From the human T2T-CHM13v2.0 reference genome, Homo sapiens, in NCBI RefSeq assembly GCF_009914755.1, contig NC_060926.1: DNA of 64,000 bases; one strand, 5' to 3'. How positions within the stretch are numbered: position 1 is the stretch's first letter; each line of letters begins with the position of its first letter. Of this stretch, positions 13,233 through 28,685 are shown piece after piece. The translations under genes were made by a program, and so were the position numbers. The notes under the pieces were generated by a model that saw only the letters and a program-made list of their open reading frames with translations, was not told the origin of the DNA and ran no database searches.

Positions 13233-14466
13233 TAGAAGGAGCTGAGCTTCTTGATGTGTGAACAGAAATGGGAAATTCTTTATTTTTAGGCTTTCTAGCA
13301 ATTAACCTTGTTTCTGTGTGCCCTATTGTAGGTAGATTTAAAGCTAGAAGCACCAGGTGGGTGCTGCTGGAGGAGGAGCAGCCAGTGAAAGTCACAGATT
13401 ACTGCCATGTTTAAGCGGATGTGGTGTTAGACATTCAGACACCAGTGTGTTGGCTGGGATTCTGAATACCTGTGTTTTTTATCAGGATTGGTGTCAGTAC
13501 TAATATTTTGGTATTTAAGAAATCTGGAGTCTGAATAATTTACATTTTGAGACATATCCCTAGAAAGTTACTGCATTAAAATTTGAAATGGAACAAAGCA
13601 GCTTGTTTAGAAAGGGTTCTGACCACTTCCCTCAATTAAAAAAAAAAAAAAACACGACAAAATAACCTTTTACAGTTAGTTCTGGTGGTGCGGGGAGGGG
13701 AAAGGTTACTTAAAAGATTGAGTTTCTTTTCTGAGTTATTAGTTTGATTTTCTCCAGGGTTCCTCATAGAGCCATCGTAGAATAGAGGGGATGGTATAAG
13801 GGAAACAGGAGGCAGGGGCTGTGCCGGGGGACCCTGTAGGGAGTGGAGAGGGAGACGGGGGAGGTCCCCAGGCCTGACTCCCAGCCCTGCCCTGGAGCAT
13901 CTTTCTCTCCAGGACCAGGATCCTTCTGCTCTACTCCCTTGTTTCCTTTCACGGCCAGACCCTTTCCATTTGGACCTGTCTCTCTTCTCCAGAAGAATTT
14001 GTTTTAGCCAGGACCTTCCCCCTCCATGTGCTCGCTGGAGGAACAAGCCAGGAGGACACGGAATCCTCAGTCCAGACCCCGGCCTTCCCTCAGCTAAAAC
14101 ACTGTGTGAGAACATACTTCACATGTAAAAGTGAATACTGGTATTGACAGTAGTAAATACAGAAATACCAGCATTGGGTTGTTTGCTTTGGTTCTCTCTC
14201 TTTCTTCCTTCACTAATGCAATGACAATGTTTGTAGATTTTTTTAAAAAAATCATGGCACTATACCTGTGAGCCCGAGCTTTTGGTTAGAAGCAGGTGGG
14301 TGGGTTAATTTGGATTGGCTTATTGATTGGATGCTACAGTTTCAAGGTACTGGGGCTTCTGTGGGTGCTTGTTAGGGATCATTGGGGTGTGGTGGGCAGC
14401 GCTGGCTAGTGCTTAGGGATGTACCTGTCTTTATGTGCCTTAGTCCCTGTGTTTGTCTCTTTCTAG

Positions 14467-14547
14467 TCAATCATATTTGATGAGGTGGATCTGACAGATG
14501 CCAGCGTAGCTGAATCCAGTACCAAAAACGTCAACAACAGTTTTACG
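14467..14547 (+). CDS. DGKD: DGKD exon 3, PH domain (SIIFDEVDL...NNSFT), 81 nt, phase 0-0
   Basis: Acceptor tctctttctag| and donor ACG|gtaaga; continues the frame. Confidence 0.96.
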
Positions 14548-14799
14548 GTAAGATTCCTCAGTCATGCCTTTCTTGATTCTTCACTGAAGTTGGCTTTCCT
14601 TTTTGATCTGAACATGTGTCCAAGCAGTTCAAACGTTTTCATTCTTTTCTTACTGATTGGAATGATTGCTGGTAAAATTTGAATTTAATGCTGAAAGTAA
14701 TACTGTGGTTGGAGAATAACCAAGAATTTGGCATGCATAAGCACAAAAGGACAATAGGGACCAAATGAAAAATTTTTATATGTGTTTTGGTTCACGTCT

Positions 14800-15095
14800 G
14801 TTTTGTTTTTTTTGAGACGGAGTTTGGCTCTTGTTGCCCAGGCTGGAGTGCAATGGCGTGATCTCCAGCTCACAGCAACTTCCGCCTCCCGAGTTCAAGC
14901 GATTCTCCTGCCTCAGCCTCCCGAGTAGCTGGGATTACAGGCATGTGCCACCACACCTGGCTAATTTTGTATTTTTAGTAGAGACAGGGTTTCTCCGTGT
15001 TGGTCAGGGTGGTCTCGAACTCCCAACCTCAGGTGATCCACCCTCCTTGGCCTCCCAAAATCCTGGGATTACAGGTGTGAGCCACCACGCTTTGC
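14800..15095 (-). mobile_element. Alu (S-type)
   Basis: Antisense dimer; TSD tggttcac(g/a)tct. Confidence 0.93.
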
Positions 15096-16098
15096 TGGTT
15101 CACATCTTACTACCTCTGTACAGAGTTTTGTTTTTTGTGATTAATGTAGAAAATTTGGAAAATGCAGACAAGTATGTTAAAGCAATTAAAAAGCAGCCAT
15201 AACAGCCACCTCAAAAAACATTGAATGTTAATATTTTGGTGTATTTCTTTTTTTTTTCCTTTTTTATGTTTAAACTTTCTTCCTTCCAAATTTATAAAAG
15301 TTATGTAGGACTTTCTGCAAAAGTTCTAAATGCACAAAATCATGTGATCTCACCACTTGGAAGTGGCCAGCTGCTTACTCTACAGTGTTTATCTTTATTT
15401 CTGTATATTTATGTCTTTACCTACATGTACCCATGAGATCATGCTGAACCTTTTGGTTTACACCTGTGTTTTTTTCCCCCCCCAGGACAATTTATAGTAG
15501 AGAGTTGCTCATGTCAGCTGATCTAAATGTTCATGATATTATTTAATGGCTATAGTAGCATTTTCTTGTAGGATTTTATAATTTAGGCTTTACGGGCTGA
15601 CTTTAGCGCCTGCCTGTGTAAGGTTTGACTCTAATAACAGCACTAGAACTTTTAAAGCTGTTTTTCTTTATGTTATTAGGCCATCCCATGTAGACAAAAA
15701 GTGTGTACCCTAATTAAAAAAATTATTCTTTTATAATTCAGTCAAGGTGAGTAATTTTCCTCAAGTTTAGGATCTGATATTTTGGGTTAGTGCTAGTTTC
15801 AGGTGCTTTCAAGTTTTGTTTTATTTTATTTATTGATGGATTCATTGTTGATGTTGCCAATACAAATGGGATTTTCCTTTCTCTGTCTAAACCTCTGCTT
15901 ATTTTGTGTTGATTAACTGCTCTTATTTTACTTGGAGTATTTGTAGTTTTCTCTATTAATTTATTTTTACCAGCTGGGAAGAGACATTTTTAACCACATA
16001 AATAGATTTTTCTTTGATTCGTGGTTTTTAGAGTCTTTAATAGGAGTAGGTGTTGAATTTCTTTGGAGTGTTCTGAGCATCAGTTGATTAATTAATGA

Positions 16099-16388
<290 letters not shown>

Positions 16389-17084
16389 CTGGGCATTAAT
16401 TTAGATGTTCATTTTGGTTTCAGTTATTTGCATATTTCCTAATAAAAAAATTATTCTTGGTAATGTTGAATTTTACTCCTTTATCTTGCAATTTAGAATT
16501 TTCCCACTGGTATGTATGCATTTGTTTTGGGTGAGAATGTAGCCTTATTGCAGTTTTAAACAATTGTTTTTTCTGTTTTTAATTTTAATGGATACATAAT
16601 AGTTGGACATACTGTGTTTTGATTTCAGAGTTAAACCAACCCCATAAAATTCATTTAGTAACTTTCTATGAGTTTATGTTTTCTGCAACATTTTATGTAG
16701 CTTTGGGATTGGTTGTTTCTTAAGTTCGAGAGAATTTATTTTAAATTATTTGTCAAGAAGACTTTTTAGGGAGATAAGGCTGTAATAGAAATAAATCCTA
16801 AAATATTTATTTCTTGCATTTTGATCATTTTTTGAACCTTTTCACTTTTTGAGTCCACATCTGTAATTTACTTTCCCACAAATTTCACACCTTCAAAGTT
16901 AGTAGCGTGTACTGTTGTGTAGTTTAAACACCTGTGTCTCTGGTTGAATCTCCTTTGCATTTCTAATTTTATTAGTTTAGTTTGCTTTTCTTGTCAGATT
17001 TCGTAAACTCTAGCATTTTTGTTTTCTTTGTTTTTAAAGAGAACTAGTTCTTAGATTATTGAACAATTCTCCTTTTCTGTTTCC

Positions 17085-18037
17085 TTTTTTATTTTTTTGA
17101 GACGGAATCTTGCTCTGTTGCCCAGGCTGGAAGGCTGGAGTGCAATGACGTGATCTTGGCTCACTGCAACCTCCACCTCCTGTGTTCAAGCGATTCTTCT
17201 GCCTCAGCCTCCTGAGTAGCTGGGATTGCAGGCACCTGCCACCACGCCCAGCTAATGTTTTTATATTTTCAGTTAGAGACGGGGTTTCGCCATGTTGGCC
17301 AGGCTGTTCTCAAACTCCTGACCTTGAGTGATCTGCCTGCCTCAGCTTCCCAAAGTGCTGGGATTACAGGTGTGAGCCACCACGCCTGGCCTGTTTCCTT
17401 TTTTTTTTTTTTTTTTTGAGACAGGGTCTTGCTCTGTTGCCCAGGCTGCAGTATAGTGCTGTGATCTCGGCTCATGGCAACCTCTTCTTCCTGGGTTAAA
17501 GTGATTCTCCTGCTTCAGCCTCCTGAGTAGCTGGGATTACAGGTGTGTCCCACCACGCCTGGCTGATTTTTGTATTTTTAGTTAGAGATGGGTTTTCGCC
17601 ATGTTGTCTAGGCTGGTCTTGACCTCCTGACCTCAAGTGATCCTCCTGCCTCAGCCTTCCAAAGTGCTGGGATTACAGGTGTAAGGCACCATGCTGGGCC
17701 CTACTTTCCTGTTTTCTAATTCAGTGTCTGTATTTATGTGTATTGGTTTTTTTTTTTTTTTTTTTAGATGGAGTCTTGCTCCGTTGCCCAGGGGGGAGTG
17801 TAGTGGTGTGGTCTCGGCTCTCTGCAGCCTCCGCCTCCTGGGTTCCAGTGATTCTCCTGCCTCAGCCTTGGGTAGCTGGGATTACAGACACATGCCACCA
17901 TGCCCAGCTAATTTTTTTATTTTTAGTGGAGACAGGGTTTCACCGTGTTGGCTAGGCTGGTCTCGAACTCCTGACCTCAGTGCCCACCTTGGCCACCCAA
18001 AATGCTGGGATTACAGGTGTGAGCCACCTTGCCCGGC
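17085..18037 (-). mobile_element. Three tandem antisense Alus (about 17085-17391, 17399-17700, 17747-18037)
   Basis: Three consecutive poly-T plus Alu dimers. Confidence 0.93.
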
Positions 18038-18305
18038 TGTGTATTAGTTTTTATCTGTTGTAACTTACGAAATATGTTGTTCAAGTCCTCTTATGATCTT
18101 GTTTTTTATCGCTTGAGCTTCCATAGGCTGTTAATGAGGAGTTAGAATCTCTTTCAGGCCAGTTACGTTTAACACTTTGTTCATGTATTTCTAACAGTTT
18201 TCACCTTCTCCATTTTGAAGCTTTGTTAAGCGTGTAAATATTTAAAAAGATAATACCTTCAATATTGAGTAATCATTTGTTAATAAAGATTAATAAAGTA
18301 GTAGC

Positions 18306-19893
<1,588 letters not shown>

Positions 19894-20439
19894 AAGTTCA
19901 CAAATTTTATTATGCTAGACCTGTTTGTAGCCAGCCCATATGGTGACATCCTTTTTTTGGTCAAGCTTTGTGTATTACTGAGGGTTTAGTCACAGAGAAC
20001 ATGCTACTCAATGCTTTGTTTCACTAGCTCTTATTCGATTCATACCAAACCATGAAAATGAAAAAGGACTGAAGAACATGGAAGAAAAATAATGCAAAAT
20101 GGTCTGTTTTCCAGAAAGGAATCAAATACGATATTTTATTAGTGAGCTCCGAGAACATAGTATTTCCCAATGTTGGTGTTGCAGGGGGTTGTCGAGAGCA
20201 GGCTCGATGCTGTTGCTGTCTTTGAAGGCATTTCTGCTCGGAGACTCAGAGTTGCCTTCTCTCTTGTGCAATGCGGGTTTGCTAACTGGTTGGTCTGGGA
20301 TAGAGCAAGCCTGATTTCTTCCTCACTCCAGTTTGGGCTTTCCAGCTTTGAAAAACTGTTTTTTCCTTCTTTTCTCTTACACTTGAAAAAACGAATTCTG
20401 GTTCATGTGCTTTGTCTTGTTCTTTGGGAATTTGGCTCG

Positions 20440-22420
20440 TTTATTTAGTCATTGTTTTGGCAAGCATTTTTTTTGGGGTCTACCGTGGGCCACACACCAT
20501 GCTGAGTGCCAAAGTTTCAATGGTGGGTAGAAATGGAGAGGAGCCACTCTGCATCAAGCTTATATTCTCGTGGGAGATCAGATAAGCACATACATAGAAC
20601 CTTAGTTACAGGCTGAGACAAGCTCCGATGGAAGAGCAGTACATGGTGCCTGATATGTGGAAGACCCCACCTGGCCTTGGGGAGGGGCTGGGCAGTCTTC
20701 TCAGAGGAAGTGAGGTCTCATAGCTGAGACATGAAGAATGATAGTGGTAAATCCACTGAGGGAAGCATGAGCCTGAGAGGGTATGTGTGTCTGTGTGTTG
20801 GTGTGTGTCTGTGTGTTTCTTTGTGTGTGTCTGTGTGTTTCTTGTGCAAATAGGCACCTCGGGGATGGGGCAGGTGGAGGGACCAGCAGTGCGAAGACCT
20901 TGGGATGGGGACACCACGTGGAGTGTGCAAAGTGGTGGAAGGGCCAGGGTGGCTGATGGAGGCCAGAGCAAGAGGACACCAGAGGGGACCAGCGTGGCTG
21001 GGGGGGGCCAGAGCGAGAGGACACCAGAGGGGACCAGGGTGGCTGGGGGGGGCAGAGCGAGAGGACTCCAGAGGGGACCAGGGTGGCTGGGGGGGGCGCC
21101 AGAGTGAGAGGACTCCAGAGGGGACCAGGGTGGCTGGTAGAGGCCAGAGTGAGAGGACACCAGAGGGGACCAGGGTGGCTGGCAGAGGCCAGAGTGAGAG
21201 GACACCAGAGGGGAGCAGGGTGGCTGGCAGAGGCCAGAGTGAGAGGACACCAGAGGGGACCAGGGTGGCTGCGGGGGGGGCCAGAGCGAGAGGACTCCAG
21301 AGGGGACCAGGGTGGCTGGGGGGGGGGGTGTCAGAGTGAGAGGACACCAGAGGGGACCAGGGTGGCTGCGGGGGGGGCCAGAGTGAGAGGACTCCAGAGG
21401 GGACCAGGGTGGCTGGGGGGGGGGGGTGCCAGAGTGAGAGGACTCCAGAGGGGACCAGGGTGGCTGGTAGAGGCCAGAGTGAGAGGACACCAGAGGGGAC
21501 CAGGGTGGCTGGCAGAGGCCAGAGTGAGAGGACACCAGAGGGGAGCAGGGTGGCTGGCAGAGGCCAGAGTGAGAGGACACCAGAGGGGACCAGGGTGGCT
21601 GCGGGGGGGGCCAGAGCGAGAGGACTCCAGAGGGGACCAGGGTGGCTGGGGGGGGGGGGTGCCAGAGTGAGAGGACACCAGAGGGGACCAGGGTGGCTGC
21701 GGGGGGGGCCAGAGTGAGAGGACTCCAGAGGGGACCAGGGTGGCTGGGGGGGGGGGGTGCCAGAGTGAGAGGACTCCAGAGGGGACCAGGGTGGCTGGCA
21801 GAGGCCAGAGTGAGAGGACTCCAGAGGGGACCAGGGTGGCTGGGGGGGGGGCCAGAGCGAGAGGACACCAGAGGGGACCAGGGTGGCTGAGGGGGGCAGC
21901 AGAGTGAGAGGACTCCAGAGGGGACCAGGGTGGCTGGCAGAGGCCAGAGTGAGAGGACTCCAGAGGGGACCAGGGTGGCTGGCAGAGGCCAGAGTGAGAG
22001 GACACCAGAGGGGAGCAGGGTGGCTGGCGGGGGGCCAGAGCGAGGCGAGAGGACACCAGAGGGGACCAGGGTGGCTGGGGGGGGGGGCAGAGTGAGAGGA
22101 CACCAGAGGGGACCAGAGTGGCTGGCAGAGGCCAGAGTGAGAGGACTCCAGAGGGGACCAGGGCAGAGCTTGGGACTTACTCCTCAGGACTTGGGCTGCT
22201 GTTGAATAGTTTTATTTGGTGAAATTCTCAGATTTGCAGGTGTCAGAAAGTTCTACTCTGGCTGTAGGGTGGAGGGTGAACTGGAAGGGGAGGGAGGTTT
22301 GTAGGATTGTTAGGAGAGAGTGGAGTGGAGAGTGCGGAGGTGTCTAGGGGGCAGTGGGCAGGCTAGTGATCAGGTCAGAAGGGGGTGGAGTAGATGAAGG
22401 TGTCAGGGCTTCTGCTGAGT
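20440..22420 (-). mobile_element. L2 LINE 3' region hosting the minisatellite
   Basis: Purine-rich L2-like motifs before (agcttatattctcgtgggag, gaggaagtgagg...agctgagacatgaag) and after (cagatttg...agaaagttctactctggctg) the array. Confidence 0.65.
20942..22163 (+). repeat. G-rich minisatellite (VNTR), about 26 units of 45-50 bp
   Basis: Unit ccagagtgagaggac(a/t)ccagaggggaccagggtggct followed by ggcagagg or a G run. Confidence 0.97.
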
Positions 22421-22687
22421 ACAGCAGCAGGCTGGTTAAGTGAGCTCAGGAGTCCAGAAGAGGGGCTGTGGGGTGGTGGGGGAGGCTTCTTTATCTTCCA
22501 TGTCTGTCACATTCTTTAGCCTTATTTTATTTAATTTGTTGGTTTTTTTCCTAGTTCTAGTTATCAAAGTTTTTATATTGTTTGTTACTACATTTACTTG
22601 CAACCTCCCCTCCCAGCTCCCACCCCCCACCCCCGATTTTGGCATACTTTGTATTTATCCTGGCTTATTCTTGTTTGAAAGGTAAAA

Positions 22688-22984
22688 TTTTTTTTTTTTT
22701 GAGATGGAGTCTCGCTCTGTTGCCCAGGCTGGAGTGCAGTGGTGCGATCTTGGCTTACTGCAAGCTCCGCCTCCCGGGTTCACGCCATTCTCCTGCCTCA
22801 GCCTCCTGAGTGGCTGGGAGTACAGGTGCCGCCACCACGCCCGACTAATTTTTTTTTTGTATTTTTAGTAGAGACTGGGTTTCACAGCGTTAGCCGGGAT
22901 GGTCTCGATCTCCTGACCTCGTGATCCGCCGGCCTCAGCCTCCCAAAGTGCTGGGATTAAAGGTGTGAGCCACCGCGCCCGGCC
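22688..22984 (-). mobile_element. AluY-like
   Basis: Diagnostic gcaagctccgcctcccgggttcacgccattc and ggatggtctcgatctcctgacctcgtga. Confidence 0.9.
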
Positions 22985-23177
22985 AATAGGTAAAATATTT
23001 TTTAAAAGTTTTCTGTTTAACAAAGTCATTCCCTCCAGGGAAAGATTTTCCTTTGATCTTCTCCATTTTCTCTTGGGTTTTCACATGTTTTCATTGACTT
23101 AGGATTTCTCCCCTGATTTATTAAACTTTGTGTTATAGTAATTTTAGTTGTTGTCTTCAAGTCCTACGCTTGTTTGC

Positions 23178-23462
<285 letters not shown>

Positions 23463-25639
23463 TTTATCATCTTCCCTTAGCAGCCTAGAGCTGTGGAACA
23501 CTACAAGACTGTAGGGTCCATTCGAGTTTTATGCTTTTATTTACTTATTTCTCCAAGTCAGTGTTTTTCATCATTTTTAAACCCATGTTCTCTTTTGATG
23601 AAGGATTAATTTTTATTGCCTCATTTAGTTTTTGAAATTTCAAAATGCAGCAAAAAGGAATGAAAGCAGTGGGCTTTATTCTCACCCTCCCTGACCCTCC
23701 TGGAGAGTCATTCCTACCTGTATTCCATTTGGTCTTATTTATTTATAATATATGCTACATGAGAGCAAGGATTTTTGTCTGTTTTGTTCATGGCTTTACA
23801 CCAAGTTCCCAGCACACAGTAGGTGCACATAACTCTTTGTTGAAGAGTGGCTTGGTCACCTCCAGTTCCAGAATGATTTGGGCCCTGCCCCTCATTGTTC
23901 GGCTCTGCAGGAAGCTTCCTGGGACCAGATGCTGGGCCTGGCTGCAAGATCAGGTCTTCCTTCCTGCAGGGCACAGTCCATGTGCATCCCAGCAGCCACG
24001 GCAGGGCTGGGGAGGAACTGATGTGGGTTGCTTCTCTGGGCAGGGCATGGGGGTTCCCTGCCTGTGGTGGGGGAAGGGGGTACGTGGCTGTGGGGTGGAA
24101 GGGATGTTTCTTGCCAGAGGGAGTGGGCGTGGGAGGTGCGCTGGGTGAGCAGCCTCTGAGGCAGGAAGTGCTTTCCAGGCTGGGGTGGGTTTGGGCTTTT
24201 TTGTCAGAGCTGTGGGAAGCCATTAAGATTTTAAAGCAGGGTGGTAAAGTTGGGTTTTTGTTAGAAGAGTCTGTCTGCTGCTGGAGGCGAGATCTGCAGG
24301 GAAGAGTTGGCTAGGTGGATGAGAAGGGGTGCAGAGGGGCCTTTCCCCCAACATGAGGATGTGGACAGCCTGGATGTGCTTATGGAGGTGAGAGATGGGG
24401 CCTGAGGAGAGCCATGCACTGCAGGCGGGCAGGGTCCATGCTTCTGCTGTTGTTGGTACTTTTATTTGTTTTGGGTGACTCTGAGAATTAAATATTAATA
24501 ACAGTATTGAAGGAACATACTGTATCATTGGCCATGATGCATGCCTCCTAGAAAGCAGCGCTGTACACAGTGACATGATCACAGCACCCCTGCAGGACTC
24601 CAGATGCACAGTTTCTTCTCCTCACTGAGAGTGTTTTGGTATTGCTGGCCTTTCCAGTTCTAGAAATGTCCCCTTGGAGACTGACTTCATGGTGGCTGGT
24701 GTCAGAGTCTGTGTCCCTTGTGAAGGAGGCAGAATCAGAGCTAAATTCAATTTAGCAAAGATTTTCTAGACTAAGTAGGAAGAGGGCTCATCACCCGAAG
24801 TGGGCGTGGGTGCTCCCCATAGCCAGGCTTTGTCTACAGGACAGCGGGAGGCAGTCAAGGCCTGAGCCCTGGCCAGGTCCCTCGGAGGGCAGGGAGCCTG
24901 GAGCTAGGAGAGAGTGGTGATGCAGGGTGGCCATTTCCACTCCCACAGGGCCCTTTGCCCTTCACACCCAGTGCCCACTGCCCTGTCTGAGACGCCTCAT
25001 GCTGTCCTGGCCTGGGCCTCCCTGGCCACCTGCTGGCATGGCCTCTCCCATTTGTGGGGGTGCCACTTCCTAACTGCCTCTCCTCTCACGGCTCTCCTTC
25101 CGTGCCCCCTACCTTGGGCAGGATGTGGGTGGGATATAGTTTGAGTCCATCTCGGGTGCTGGTTTTATGAAGCACACATTTGACTCCCTCAGTGGGTGGT
25201 GGAGTGTGCAGACCTGAGCTCCCTGAGCTCTCTCGGGTAGCCCTGGTCACCTCTCATGGGCAGGGCTGCTTGCACAGCTGGAGGGCAAGGCCTGAGCTGC
25301 TGTTCCCGGAGAGCTAGAGCTCGACAGGCCTGGACTGCCCAGGAGGCCCGTGGAAAGGCTGATCCTTCCTCAGTTGTTGCAGCTGAGTGTGTGTGGCCTC
25401 CTGATGCTACATGTTCAGTTGCCTTTTACTTCCTTTATGAGGGAAGTTTTATGCTACGCGGTATTTCCAAAGTGTGAGCTCCCCAGAGGAATCAGGGACT
25501 CTGTCTTTGAATGTCCAGGGTCTGTGTATCCTCTACCAGATAGAAGACCCAAGGCAGCAGGACTGGGCTCCTTCTCTTCTTTTGATCTCTGAAAGTACGG
25601 GACTCTGCAAGGTAACTTCATTCTTTAAGGCAAGCCAGA

Positions 25640-25830
25640 GTGTGAATCCTAGCTCAGCTTCTTCCAAGCAGATGACTGGGGGCGAGTCACAGGACAGCTC
25701 GAAGCCTCCATTTTCTCATCTGAGAAATGGGGCTAGTAACCTGCCTTGTGGGGTGGTTTGGTTGTAAGGACTAAATGAGTTAATGAATGTAGGCATGATA
25801 TATGTGTTTGTGCCTATTAACACTGTGATT
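25640..25830 (+). mobile_element. MIR SINE
   Basis: gcctccattttctcatctgagaaatgggg...aaggactaaatgagttaat. Confidence 0.7.
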
Positions 25831-26178
25831 ATAGGCACTTACTGATTATTCAGTGAATGAACTGAAAGCAATAAACCAAATTCATTTATTATATCATTTG
25901 GTATGTGGAAAATTTTCTTCTAATTTGGTGTACTTAACGTTTCATACTTTCTCTGTTTACTGAATAATAACTTTAATTGAACAAAATCACTACTAATTAG
26001 TCCAGATTTCACTGGGCTTCAGTTAGTCTGGCTGTATTATTACTACTCCCTGGGTCATGGCAACTGTAGCTGAGGTGAACCTTAGAGAGGAAAGACAAGT
26101 TTTACTGGAATATGCCTGAAATACAGAGCCATTTAGAAGGGTCATATTCTGCCCATTGTTAAAAGCGCTGTGAACTAA

Positions 26179-26479
<301 letters not shown>

Positions 26480-27809
26480 GCAAGCACTATAAACCATCGA
26501 GGGGCCCCTCGTTTCTTACCTAATGAAGTTCAGGGTCTGGTCCTCATGTGCCCTCCCAGCCTGGCCTCTCCCCAGCCAAGCCCAGTGCTTCTTAGGGAGC
26601 TCCCTGTGTGTACGGGTCACCTGCTGGCCCTGGTCTCTGGGGGTCTGTTTCCCCAAATTCTCCCCACCGACCCTGTCCGTTTCCTCCTCAGGGAAGCCTT
26701 CCTGTTTACATGGTGCTCAGGAAACTGCCATATGCTTCTGTGGGACTGTGGTTCTCAAACTTGGCCATGCCCGAGCACCTTTTGGAACTTTCCCCAGAAG
26801 TTTGCAAGTGGGTGCTTTTTCAAAGCTTTCCAAAATCTTAGGGTACAACCACTTTGGGACCCCCTTCTTGAGGGTACTTTGTGTCACTCATGTGATGCTA
26901 CATTAGCACAAGCTCCCTAGTAATGTGTACTTGGCCACACCTTGAGCTCAAGGCCATGGAGTGTCTTGGCAGCTTAGGGTCCCCAGTGCTCTGCCCTTTG
27001 GGGTGACTATGTGTATGAATATGAGCTGGAAGAAGCAGGTTCTGTTGCTTCTTTTTGTTAGCACAACAGAGAGAATGTTGACTCACCCCTTCCTTGGCAA
27101 GCCCCGCTGAAGAGGTGCTCACTATTGTGGACCCCTCTGTGGGCCAGGCTCCCCCTTTTACAATTTCCCAGCTCATGTCCGGCCGGCAGCTTGGGGACAA
27201 GGTTAGCCCCTGTGCTCTGTGTGTGCGCTTTTAGCGAGTTTGCCAGCTGGAAAACTTGTTTATCCCAGAGAATGGAGGAGTCATTTGACAAGTAAGGCAT
27301 TACCCTGGCCACCTAATTTCAAATCAGTTGGAAAAGATGCAAGTTTTAGAACTTGTTATTCCTTATTTGAACTATCCTGTATCACGGCAAACTGTCTACT
27401 GAGTGCCTGAGGGTGTACGGGGTAGGTAAGTGTGTTCCCTACTCTGGGAGACTTCTAACAGTATATAAAGAAGTAGTTCTAGTGCCCTGTCATAAGTAGA
27501 GTGGAAGAAGGTACAAAGTACAGTTAGAGTGGTGGTGGTTAGCCTTGGGAGGGGAGGTAAGCTTCTCTGAGGAGCGGCATGAGAGCTGGATGTGGGGACG
27601 GGTCCCTTTTGCAGAGAGGACTGGGGAAGAGTCAGGGAGTCGGGGACATCCAGGAAATAGGTGGTAGGAGTGTCTGTTCATGTGACACACTAGCAGTGCC
27701 TGCTTTCCAGGTACAAGTCCTCCTGTATGGATTCATTTGTTAACTTAGTTCTTAAAGTGTTTGAATCTTAGTAATGATTTTAAAGGAAATTTAAAATAGG
27801 GAGAAAATG

Positions 27810-28110
27810 GGCTGGGTGTGATGGCTCACACCCGTAATCCCAGCACTTTGGGAGGCCGAGGCAGGCGGATCACCTGAGGTCAGGAGTTCAAGACCAGCCT
27901 AGCCAACATGGTGAAACCCTGTCTCTACTAAAAATACAAAAATTAGCTGGATGTGGTGGTGGGCGCCTGTAATCCCAGCTACTCAGGAGGCTGAGGCAGG
28001 GAGAATTGCTTCAACCCAGGAGGTGGAGGTTGCAGTGAGCCAAGATCGCACCGTTGCACTCCAGCCTGGGCGACAGAACAAGACTCCATCTCAAAAATAA
28101 AAATAAAAGT
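27810..28110 (+). mobile_element. Alu (S-type)
   Basis: TSD aaaatagggagaaaatg at 27793-27809 and 28111-28127. Confidence 0.95.
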
Positions 28111-28178
28111 AAAATAGGGAGAAAATGTTCCCACAGTAGCTCTGCAGTTGTTTTCTTTTTTCATGTTTCTCTTCAGAC

Positions 28179-28467
<289 letters not shown>

Positions 28468-28499
28468 TTCCTCCCTTCAGACTTTTTAATAGGCACACA

Positions 28500-28685
28500 T
28501 TAAATTTTACATGTGTTATATACATGTATAATTTTGTGTTTTGTGTTACAAAGTTAAATTTTGTGTTTTGTGTTACAAAATTACATTTTACATGTGTTAT
28601 ATACATGTATAATTTTGTGTTTACATGTGTTATATACATGTATAATTTACATGTGTTATATACATGTATAATTTTGTATTTTGGC
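28500..28685. repeat. AT-rich tandem repeat, ttacatgtgttatatacatgtataatt x4 with tttgtgtt spacers
   Basis: Read directly from the sequence. Confidence 0.85.

Noticed and set aside
20942-22163. CRISPR-like repeat/spacer appearance
   Set aside because: Units are contiguous, the variable part is only a G run or short variant rather than unique spacers, there are no cas genes, and the context is a human intron.
20606-22205. Long ORFs (420, 461, 241 and 195 aa) on both strands
   Set aside because: They arise from the stop-poor 45-bp (15-codon) minisatellite unit; the peptides are low-complexity and there is no gene structure.
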